From Candidatus Pacearchaeota archaeon (lineage in GTDB: Archaea; Nanobdellota; Nanobdellia; Pacearchaeales; GW2011-AR1), in the NCBI GenBank assembly GCA_009694755.1, contig SICU01000002.1, forward strand, positions 1-42,090: a stretch of DNA of 42,090 nucleotides. Direction: 5' to 3'. This document shows positions 26,563-32,710 of this stretch, piece after piece. Numbering within the stretch: position 1 is the stretch's first letter; each line of letters opens with the position of its first letter. Below the pieces are notes generated by a model. That model ran no database searches. It saw only the letters and a program-made list of their open reading frames with translations, and was not told the origin of the DNA. Both the position numbers and the translations under genes were made by a program.

Positions 26563-26978
26563 AACATTCTCTCCAATAATTTATTTATATGTTCTTTGTT
26601 GTCAGCAAGAACTCCCTTACCAACTCCAAAATGTTTTTTACTTTCAATTCCGCCACGAGGTGGGTGTAATCTGAAAAATGGTTTCAATCCTAAATCTGCA
26701 TAAGACTTTTTCCCAAGATTAGAAATAACTTCAGACACATCAATTTTTTTCTTTGAATCTACAGGTTGAGCTCGAAGAGTTATAAGTTTCAATAATCTTT
26801 CTTTATCAATTGTTCCATACGCAACATAACTTCTAACTTTTTGAAGTAATTTTAAATTCTCTGCGTTTTCTTCAACAAGAATTGCCGCGTATTTACGTCT
26901 CAATCTCATATGGTCAAGTGTCGCTTGGATTTTATCAGGGATTTCAACCATTCCAGCAATACGAATTACGATAATCAT
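26559..26978 (-). CDS. rpl30: 50S ribosomal protein L30 (uL30)
   Basis: MIIVIRIAGMVEIPDKIQATLDHMRLRRKYAAILV. The ATG at 26978 overlaps the S5 stop as ATGA; the longer tracked ORF (27014) would run 40 nt into the S5 CDS instead of forming the ATGA junction. Confidence 0.9.
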   Translation of the reverse strand: MIIVIRIAGMVEIPDKIQATLDHMRLRRKYAAILVEENAENLKLLQKVRSYVAYGTIDKERLLKLITLRAQPVDSKKKIDVSEVISNLGKKSYADLGLKPFFRLHPPRGGIESKKHFGVGKGVLADNKEHINKLLERML

Positions 26979-27715
26979 AATAACTTCCCCGATTGTTTCA
27001 AAGCAGCCATACAAGCGCCAGCAGAGTTGATAGTTGTTCTTCCTTGTCCTTGAGTGTAAGAATAAATATCTCTTATTCCAGCCAATCTCAAAATCTTTTT
27101 ACATTCATCTCCAATTACAAGTCCAGTTCCTTGAGGTGCAGGAATAAGTCGAATTCTTACGCTCCCACATCTTCCTTCAACTGTATGAGGGATGCTGTGG
27201 GGTTCTTTGCAAGAGCAGTCAAAATGCCCACATCCTCTTTTTACACTAATAATTTGTAGTTTCGCACGACGAATTGCTTTTTCTCTCGAAGGCAAAGTTT
27301 CTTTTGATTTTCCTAATCCAACACCAACGTGTCCATTTCTATCTCCAATAATAGCCATAGATGAAAAAGTTAAAACATTTCCTTCCATAGTTTTTTTCTG
27401 AGTTTGTCTCCATGCTCTTCTTTTTCCACCACCAAATTTACCTTTGGATTGTCCAACTAATAATAAATCTTTTTCAACAGAAATTAAACTATCTACAATT
27501 TCTGATTCAAGAATTTTTTTATGATTAGTAAGAACTTCATCGATAGATTTAATTCGCCCACTTTTTACATCTTTTCCAAGTTGAGTTTTAGGATTCCAAG
27601 AAGAAACAGTATCTTGTTTTACTGGTTCAACTTTAATTTCTACTTCCGGAACCAAAGGTGTTTCAGCGTATTCATCTTTAGCTTCTTCAACAGATTTCAT
27701 AATTTTCAATGTCAT
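26975..27715 (-). CDS. rps5: 30S ribosomal protein S5 (uS5)
   Basis: GGGKRRAWRQTQKKTMEGNVLTFSSMAIIGDRNGHVGVGLGKSKE and RLIPAPQGTGLV. Confidence 0.95.
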   Translation of the reverse strand: MTLKIMKSVEEAKDEYAETPLVPEVEIKVEPVKQDTVSSWNPKTQLGKDVKSGRIKSIDEVLTNHKKILESEIVDSLISVEKDLLLVGQSKGKFGGGKRRAWRQTQKKTMEGNVLTFSSMAIIGDRNGHVGVGLGKSKETLPSREKAIRRAKLQIISVKRGCGHFDCSCKEPHSIPHTVEGRCGSVRIRLIPAPQGTGLVIGDECKKILRLAGIRDIYSYTQGQGRTTINSAGACMAALKQSGKLL

Positions 27716-27789
27716 TGTTTAAGTTTTCCTCCTTGATTTATGGAAAATTTAAGCTTGAAAATATTATTTTCAGTATTTTGTATTTTCAT
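27712..27789 (-). CDS. intercistronic mini-ORF C (25 codons, MKIQNTENNIFKLKFSINQGGKLKQ) bridging L18 and S5
   Basis: Hand translation of the minus strand. The ATG overlaps the L18 TGA (ATGA, 27786-27789) and the TGA overlaps the S5 ATG (ATGA, 27712-27715). GGAGG lies inside its 3' end. Whether it is translated is unknown. Confidence 0.3.
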   Translation of the reverse strand: MKIQNTENNIFKLKFSINQGGKLKQ

Positions 27790-27804
27790 TGTTTAAGTTT
27801 TCCT
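27712..27804. repeat. 19-nt direct repeat (tcattgtttaagttttcct) at 27712-27730 and 27786-27804 flanking a 55-nt insert
   Basis: Read directly from the sequence. The repeat unit is the L18-stop/next-start junction (AGGAAAACTTAAACAATGA on the coding strand). Confidence 0.9.
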
Positions 27805-28274
27805 TTAATTTGATTAATAAGTTTTGCGGTTTCAGGTTTTTTATTTAATTGAGTTTCATCCGGCATAACGTCTTCTTTGCAAGGAATATCGAATCCTGCA
27901 TCTTTCAAACCTTTCACGAAAGCATAAGTTCGAGATTTAGGAACGTGTCTTATCAAACCCAAATCTAAAATTCCAGATTTAATATTTTTAGATTTATTAA
28001 CGAGCAAATATCCTAACAAATAAGCAGCAGGCAAACTTTTCAAACTTCCCTTTAATTTATCAGGCCATCCGTGATTTAGCAAATCTTTAGTGCTTACATT
28101 ACAAACTACTTTATCTTGTGCAATTTCAGAAACAACAATTTGCGCTAAAAGATATCTATTTGTTTTTCTAAATACTACTCGAGGTTTTTCAGAAGTCAAC
28201 AAATAAAGTCTCGCTTTATAGTCAGTTCTAGCTTCATATCTTCTTCGTCTTACTGTTCTTTGTACGCCTTTCAT
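27786..28274 (-). CDS. rpl18: 50S ribosomal protein L18 (uL18)
   Basis: RRRRYEARTDYKARLYLL ... PRVVFRKTNRYLLAQIV, in the expected operon position. Confidence 0.93.
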   Translation of the reverse strand: MKGVQRTVRRRRYEARTDYKARLYLLTSEKPRVVFRKTNRYLLAQIVVSEIAQDKVVCNVSTKDLLNHGWPDKLKGSLKSLPAAYLLGYLLVNKSKNIKSGILDLGLIRHVPKSRTYAFVKGLKDAGFDIPCKEDVMPDETQLNKKPETAKLINQIKGKLKQ

Positions 28275-28336
28275 TTTAGTTCTCCCAAATTTGAAAATGA
28301 AAGATTAAAAATTCCGATAATTTTTTGTTCTTTCAT
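28271..28336 (-). CDS. intercistronic mini-ORF A (21 codons, MKEQKIIGIFNLSFSNLGELK) bridging L19e and L18
   Basis: The ATG overlaps the L19e TGA (28333-28336) and the TGA overlaps the L18 ATG (28271-28274). Its sequence is identical to mini-ORF B. Confidence 0.3.
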   Translation of the reverse strand: MKEQKIIGIFNLSFSNLGELK

Positions 28337-28339
28337 TTT
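28294..28339 (-). promoter_or_regulatory. predicted RNA hairpin inside repeat copy A, covering the upstream stop and mini-ORF start
   Basis: There are 11 bp (28294-28304 with 28329-28339), a 2x3 internal loop, 7 bp (28307-28313 with 28319-25) and a 5-nt loop (ccgat on the plus strand). Pairing was checked by hand. Confidence 0.4.
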
Positions 28340-28767
28340 AGTTCTCCAGATTTTTTAATTTTTCCTTTTTTCATTGTCTCAATATGCTCTTTCAAATGAG
28401 CTTTACTTTTGAAATTTTTACTTCTAATTTCCTTTCTTAATTTCATAAATTCTTCATTTGTAATTTTTGATTGTTTACGCATTTCAGAAATATATGCTCT
28501 TGATTTTCTTGTGATTATCATATATTCTCGTTTACGATTATTTGGTTTCATACGAATACTTCCAGCACGGCGTCTTTTTCTCACAGTATTGACTTTTCTT
28601 CCTTTAATTTCTCTAATAAATATTGCTTTATCAGAAACTAAATCTCTTATGTCTTGCTTAGTAATTGCTTCTTTTATATCGTCAAGTCGTTGAGTGTTAA
28701 ACATTACCCTTCCTTCTCCAATACCTAAAGTTCTTGCAACTAACGATTTCTTTTTACTTAGATCCAT
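28333..28767 (-). CDS. rpl19e: 50S ribosomal protein L19e (eL19)
   Basis: LSKKKSLVARTLGIGEGRVMF ... IRKRRRAGSIRMKP. The ATG at 28767 is preceded by GGAGG with a 5-nt spacer, so it is preferred over the ATG at 28782. The last 8 codons (IKKSGELK) lie inside the 93-bp repeat. Confidence 0.9.
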   Translation of the reverse strand: MDLSKKKSLVARTLGIGEGRVMFNTQRLDDIKEAITKQDIRDLVSDKAIFIREIKGRKVNTVRKRRRAGSIRMKPNNRKREYMIITRKSRAYISEMRKQSKITNEEFMKLRKEIRSKNFKSKAHLKEHIETMKKGKIKKSGELK

Positions 28768-29110
28768 GTTTTCCTCCGACATTTAAAATAGTCAAATTCA
28801 TTTCTTGAGCTCTCTTTATAAATTCGATTTTTTTCTTAGCACCAATTCTACGAGAGATAATTAAAATATTTTCTTTAGTCGCATTAGAAAAATCTTTAGA
28901 TGTTGAAATTAACAACGGCATTTTTCCATTTATTTTTCCAGATTCTTCTCTCGGAGATTTGAAACCAATTCGAGGAGATTTAGTATAACCAAATCTATTT
29001 TTTCTAATTTTGTTATGTCTTCCTACTGCGGCTCTCCATTTTTGAAGTTTAGGTCTGTTTCTACCGAGCTTACTCAATTTCACAGTATTTCTTCTTACAA
29101 ATTGTTTCAT
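28754..29110 (-). CDS. rpl32e: 50S ribosomal protein L32e (eL32)
   Basis: KQFVRRNTVKLSKLGRNRPKLQKWRAAVGRHNKIR. There is an ATGA overlap with the L6 stop. Confidence 0.9.
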   Translation of the reverse strand: MKQFVRRNTVKLSKLGRNRPKLQKWRAAVGRHNKIRKNRFGYTKSPRIGFKSPREESGKINGKMPLLISTSKDFSNATKENILIISRRIGAKKKIEFIKRAQEMNLTILNVGGKHGSK

Positions 29111-29649
29111 AGAATTACCTCTGGTTTTTTAGTTATAAAAATTCCATCTTGGAAAATACGTCTATCTTTATTTCTAACACGAGATGCCGTTTCTAAATTA
29201 GCGGCAGTTTGCCCAGCACTTTCAATATTCGCACTTATAATTTTAATTTTACTACCTTCAACTTTAATTTCTACATCTGCTAATATCTTAGCAACTCTCG
29301 GTACTTTTTCACCAAGAAAATTATTAATCACAAATTTTGAACCTTCAATTTTAACAGTGATAGGAAAATGAACATTACAAATTTCAAGCTCGTAAACAAA
29401 TCGTTCATTCAATCCTAAAAATATATTTTTGATGTGAGCAACTTGAGAAAGTATTTTAGAAATTTCTTTTTTATTTGCTTTGTTCGAAGATAAAATCAAT
29501 TCGTTTCCAGAAACTTCAAATTTAACATTCGGTAAAACAATTACTCTGTTTGTTTGAGTTCCCCCTTTAGAACAATTAATATTATTTTCAGAAATCTTAC
29601 AATTTATTCCCGAAGGAATTGCTAAACGAGTTTCAAAAGTTTTTTTCAT
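29107..29649 (-). CDS. rpl6: 50S ribosomal protein L6 (uL6)
   Basis: 180 aa with a two-domain L6 pattern (VEIKVEGSKIKIISAN...ETASRVRNKDRRIFQDGIFI). GGAGG lies 9 nt upstream of the ATG. Confidence 0.9.
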   Translation of the reverse strand: MKKTFETRLAIPSGINCKISENNINCSKGGTQTNRVIVLPNVKFEVSGNELILSSNKANKKEISKILSQVAHIKNIFLGLNERFVYELEICNVHFPITVKIEGSKFVINNFLGEKVPRVAKILADVEIKVEGSKIKIISANIESAGQTAANLETASRVRNKDRRIFQDGIFITKKPEVIL

Positions 29650-29650
29650 G

Positions 29651-29803
29651 TCAATGTGCCTCCGGAAAACTCATTTTTAAAGATTTGGCACTTTGAGCAC
29701 AAGAAATTTTTTCATCTTGACAAATTTCTGTGCAACAAATTCTATTAGAAAATAATTTGTTTGCATACAAAAAACTACGGATAAATCTAAAAGTTTTTTT
29801 CAT
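29651..29803 (-). CDS. intercistronic mini-ORF D (50 codons, MKKTFRFIRSFLYANKLFSNRICCTEICQDEKISCAQSAKSLKMSFPEAH) bridging S8 and L6
   Basis: Hand translation. The ATG begins 1 nt after the S8 TAA (TAACATG) and the TGA ends 1 nt before the L6 ATG (TGACATG). The first 5 residues equal the L6 N-terminus. It has four Cys and falls below the ORF-track length cut-off. Confidence 0.3.
   Translation of the reverse strand: MKKTFRFIRSFLYANKLFSNRICCTEICQDEKISCAQSAKSLKMSFPEAH
29697..29733 (-). promoter_or_regulatory. predicted RNA hairpin inside the S8/L6 insert
   Basis: gcacaagaaattt (29697-29709) pairs with aaatttctgtgc (29722-29733). That gives 12 bp with one bulged nucleotide and a 12-nt loop, checked by hand. 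Confidence 0.4.
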
Positions 29804-29804
29804 G

Positions 29805-30179
29805 TTAATAAAAGTAAGCGACTACGCATCCTCCAAGTCCTTTATCAATAGCTGTTTGATGAGTCATAAGTCCTTCATTTGTAGAAATTACAACTATTCC
29901 CAAATTTCTCGAAGGTAAATATCTTCTTACATATTTATCAATTTCATAAGTTTTAACAACATAGCGAGGTTTGACAGATTTACACACATTAACTTTTCCA
30001 AATGTAATCTCTAATCCTTTCGGAGTATTATGATAACTTTCAATGTATCCCTTTAATTTTCCAATTGCAAGAATTTGACTTAAAAATTTAGACTGCTGTT
30101 TCAAAGTCACGCTATTCTTGCTAGCACGTTTAGCATTCATAATTCTATTCAAACCATCTGAAACTATATCTTGGCTCAT
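29805..30179 (-). CDS. rps8: 30S ribosomal protein S8 (uS8)
   Basis: DIVSDGLNRIMNAKRA ... VISTNEGLMTHQTAIDKGLGGCVVAYFY. Confidence 0.93.
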   Translation of the reverse strand: MSQDIVSDGLNRIMNAKRASKNSVTLKQQSKFLSQILAIGKLKGYIESYHNTPKGLEITFGKVNVCKSVKPRYVVKTYEIDKYVRRYLPSRNLGIVVISTNEGLMTHQTAIDKGLGGCVVAYFY

Positions 30180-30410
30180 TTAACTGTATTTTTTAAATCC
30201 GAGATCCTCCGCAATCTCTCGGAAACAATGTCTGCACAAGTGCAAATCATATTGGTGTAAATGTGCTCCAAATCTTCCGCAACGTTTACATTTTTGAGCA
30301 GCGATACCCGTTTTACGTTCTTTAGGTTTATTAAATCTCAAAAACTTTTTAGCAATAACTGGTTTATTCTTCAATTGTTTCAAAATCTTTTGCCAATCAC
30401 TTGCTGTCAT
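30180..30410 (-). CDS. rps14: 30S ribosomal protein S14 type Z (uS14), with N-terminal extension
   Basis: [36 protein letters not shown] is the zinc knuckle. The ATGA overlap with the L5 stop supports the long 76-aa form. Confidence 0.88.
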   Translation of the reverse strand: MTASDWQKILKQLKNKPVIAKKFLRFNKPKERKTGIAAQKCKRCGRFGAHLHQYDLHLCRHCFREIAEDLGFKKYS

Positions 30411-30919
30411 GCTCTTACTCCTGTTTTGAAATTGCTTTTCATAAATTCCATAATTTCTTCACGAGTAACATGTTGTTTAGCTGGGACTCTTCCAGTTTTT
30501 ATTTTTCGTCTTTTAACTCGAACACCAGCACGTTCAAAAACAACAGTAACATTAAATCCCCTTATTCCAATTTCTCTAATATATTTCATTCCAGGGATGT
30601 TAATATATTCATTAATTCCAAATGAGAAATTATTTTTATCAATTTGACTTTCCTTAAGTTGATTGTCTATTGCACCAAGAAGTTTTCTTAAAATTTCAAT
30701 AGCTGCTTTACCTCTCAAAGTAACACAAGTTCCTAATTCCATTTTAGGTCTAACACCGAATGCAGGAATTCTTGTTCGAGAACCAGCCTTTGTAATTTGA
30801 GCTTTTCTTTCAGAAATCATTTCAAGTAATTTTTTAGCTTTTTCAAGTTCTTTATCTACGGCACCAGCGCTCAATACAACACGAACAAGTTTAGGAGTTC
30901 TCATAATATTAGAATTCAT
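30407..30919 (-). CDS. rpl5: 50S ribosomal protein L5 (uL5)
   Basis: [15 protein letters not shown] ... [16 protein letters not shown] ... GFNVTVV. Confidence 0.93.
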   Translation of the reverse strand: MNSNIMRTPKLVRVVLSAGAVDKELEKAKKLLEMISERKAQITKAGSRTRIPAFGVRPKMELGTCVTLRGKAAIEILRKLLGAIDNQLKESQIDKNNFSFGINEYINIPGMKYIREIGIRGFNVTVVFERAGVRVKRRKIKTGRVPAKQHVTREEIMEFMKSNFKTGVRA

Positions 30920-31539
30920 TGAATCATAATTTGTGCTTTCTGCAACACAACTTCCTCCGTTTGTCCTTTAATCAATAAATTAACATTTTTACCCAAAACT
31001 TCTATAATCTTTCCAGTTTTTCCAATATTTTTTCCTGAAATCACTAAACCATTTTTTCCTTTTTCAAAAGCTATATGTTTTTTAATTTTATTATCAAAAT
31101 CAAGAAAAACTGTATCTCCAACATTAATTTTTTCTTTAGAAATTAAACTAGTTCCGTCATGTAGGCCATATTGAATTTTTTTATCTTTCACAGCATTTTT
31201 TCCAATAACTCTTACAGGTCTTGAATTTTCTTTTGTGTCTTCAAAAGCAAATCTTCCAGTCGGCAAAATTACAAGTTGATAATTTTTATCTGCATAAAAT
31301 ATCGAAAATAAATTAATTGGTTGATTTAACTCTGTAACAAGTTGCCCATTAATTTTTAATAATTTATTGTGAATCATATATTTCCCTTCTTTAGAATTTG
31401 AAGCAATTTTAAGCATATCTCTTATAGCAATGATTACTGGAACAGCATTAGAATTATTTCTCGACGCATAAGCTACATATTTTGAGCCTTTTCTTGCTAG
31501 GGGCAAGCCCCTTATAATTTCATTTCGTGTTTGGTGCAT
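30916..31539 (-). CDS. rps4e: 30S ribosomal protein S4e (eS4)
   Basis: 207 aa. The S4-like, KOW and C-terminal pattern (VIIAIRDMLKIASNSKEGKYMIHNKLLKINGQ...) sits between L24 and L5. GGAGG lies 9 nt upstream of the ATG. Confidence 0.88.
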   Translation of the reverse strand: MHQTRNEIIRGLPLARKGSKYVAYASRNNSNAVPVIIAIRDMLKIASNSKEGKYMIHNKLLKINGQLVTELNQPINLFSIFYADKNYQLVILPTGRFAFEDTKENSRPVRVIGKNAVKDKKIQYGLHDGTSLISKEKINVGDTVFLDFDNKIKKHIAFEKGKNGLVISGKNIGKTGKIIEVLGKNVNLLIKGQTEEVVLQKAQIMIQ

Positions 31540-31945
31540 TGGTTTTTTCCTCCGATTTCTTCGACTCGTTTTTGTCTGAACTTTTCAAACGTCGCGAGTC
31601 ATCGAGCTTCAACGCGATTATTTGTAATTTACTCGGATCAAAATACACATTGATTTTTGTTCCATCGGATTTTTTCCGAGTTACTCCTTCAATCGTGACT
31701 TTTAATTTTTTGACATTAACGTCTAAAATTTTTCCTTTCTGTTTCGCAAATGTTCCTCGTTTGATGATGACTTCATCACCAACTCTCAATGGAATGCTTC
31801 GCATTTTATGCTTAGCACGCAGTTCTTTTGATAAATTAGCACTTAAAAAGCTATGCCTTATATGGAACGGAGCTTCAAATCTATATTTGCGTTGCTTTCT
31901 TGGTTGAACACTTGATATCCACGACGTAGAAAATTTGGATTTCAT
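31520..31945 (-). CDS. rpl24: 50S ribosomal protein L24 (uL24)
   Basis: The KOW motif is IPLRVGDEVIIKRGTFAKQKGKILDV. The ATG at 31945 overlaps the L14 stop as ATGA; the longer tracked ORF begins inside L14. Confidence 0.9.
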   Translation of the reverse strand: MKSKFSTSWISSVQPRKQRKYRFEAPFHIRHSFLSANLSKELRAKHKMRSIPLRVGDEVIIKRGTFAKQKGKILDVNVKKLKVTIEGVTRKKSDGTKINVYFDPSKLQIIALKLDDSRRLKSSDKNESKKSEEKTNAPNTK

Positions 31946-32343
31946 AATACAAATTGCGCAATTTTTGCGACTCCCTTCCATCTTTCAAAAACTTCTTTCG
32001 AAACAGGACCCTTAACTTGAGTTCCCTTCGGGTTACCTTTATCATCTTTAAGTAACGCAACAGCATTATCTTCAAACATAACTCTTTCACCAGTATTTCT
32101 TTTGTAAGGTTTTCTTTGACGAATAACAATCGCATCAAATACTTGTCCTTTCATATCTGGTTTTCCAGCACGAACTGAAACTTTAACCATATCAGCCATC
32201 TTAACATATTGTTGAGTTCCCTTCGGAGTTTTACCTTTTTTAACTCCACAAATTCTTACAAGTCTCGCACCACTATTATCGCTCGCAACTACGACGCTCC
32301 CTAAATTTAATCCTCTCGTTGCTCTTGCTGGAATTGCTTTCAT
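31942..32343 (-). CDS. rpl14: 50S ribosomal protein L14 (uL14)
   Basis: LNLGSVVVASDNSGARLVRICGVKKG ... AIVIRQRKPYKR. Confidence 0.95.
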   Translation of the reverse strand: MKAIPARATRGLNLGSVVVASDNSGARLVRICGVKKGKTPKGTQQYVKMADMVKVSVRAGKPDMKGQVFDAIVIRQRKPYKRNTGERVMFEDNAVALLKDDKGNPKGTQVKGPVSKEVFERWKGVAKIAQFVL

Positions 32344-32405
32344 TTTAGTTCTCCCAAATTTGAAAATGAAAGATTAAAAATTCCGATAATTTTTTGTTCT
32401 TTCAT
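32340..32405 (-). CDS. intercistronic mini-ORF B (21 codons, identical to mini-ORF A) bridging S17 and L14
   Basis: The ATG overlaps the S17 TGA (32402-32405) and the TGA overlaps the L14 ATG (32340-32343). Confidence 0.3.
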   Translation of the reverse strand: MKEQKIIGIFNLSFSNLGELK

Positions 32406-32408
32406 TTT
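32363..32408 (-). promoter_or_regulatory. predicted RNA hairpin inside repeat copy B (same as 28294-28339)
   Basis: The sequence is identical to copy A, offset by 4069 nt. Confidence 0.4.
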
Positions 32409-32710
32409 AGTTCTCCAGATTTTTTAATTATTTCAATAACAACTGAATGAATCATTTTACTCAAAGGTCTACATTCTTGAACTTTAACATAATCTCCAAT
32501 ATTAATAACCACACCTTCAGGAATTCTCGAATGTAATTTTGTTTTTTTACGCATAAATCTTTCATATTTTTGAACCTTCACAGTACGTTCGAATTCAATT
32601 ACTGCTCTTTGTCCGAAAATTTTAGTAACGGTTCCCTGAAAACTTCTTCCTCGAGTTCCAACTACAAAATTCTGTGCATTTCGCTGTGTTTCTATTTGTT
32701 TTTCTATCAT
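32402..32710 (-). CDS. rps17: 30S ribosomal protein S17 (uS17)
   Basis: GRSFQGTVTKIFGQRAVIEFERTVKVQKYERFMRKKTKLHSRIPEG...GDYVKVQECRPLSK. The last 8 codons (IKKSGELK) lie in the 93-bp repeat. Confidence 0.92.
   Translation of the reverse strand: MIEKQIETQRNAQNFVVGTRGRSFQGTVTKIFGQRAVIEFERTVKVQKYERFMRKKTKLHSRIPEGVVINIGDYVKVQECRPLSKMIHSVVIEIIKKSGELK

Larger units (their letters stand above)
28268..28360. repeat. 93-bp perfect repeat, copy A (L19e 3' end, mini-ORF, L18 start)
   Basis: Letter-by-letter identical to 32337-32429. It contains an internal 18-nt direct repeat (ctttcattttagttctcc at 28268-28285 and 28330-28347) flanking 44 nt. Confidence 0.95.
29635..29805. repeat. 17-nt direct repeat (aaaagtttttttcatgt) at 29635-29651 and 29789-29805 flanking a 137-nt insert
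   Basis: Read directly from the sequence. The repeat unit carries the L6 start region (ACATGAAAAAAACTTTT on the coding strand). Confidence 0.9.
32337..32429. repeat. 93-bp perfect repeat, copy B (S17 3' end, mini-ORF, L14 start)
   Basis: Identical to 28268-28360. The internal 18-nt direct repeats are at 32337-32354 and 32399-32416. Confidence 0.95.

Noticed and set aside
31881-32138. An 85-aa same-strand ORF overlapping the L14/L24 boundary in another frame.
   Set aside because: It is fully nested in the L14 and L24 coding sequences, which are unambiguous. It has no ribosome-binding signal and its sequence shows no features.
28268-32429. Whether the 93-bp repeats could be a CRISPR array or a rRNA/tRNA fragment.
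   Set aside because: There are only two copies, 4 kb apart, each embedded in coding junctions of the ribosomal operon. The spacing is not a regular short spacer, no cas genes are present, and the sequence is AT-rich without tRNA-like stems.
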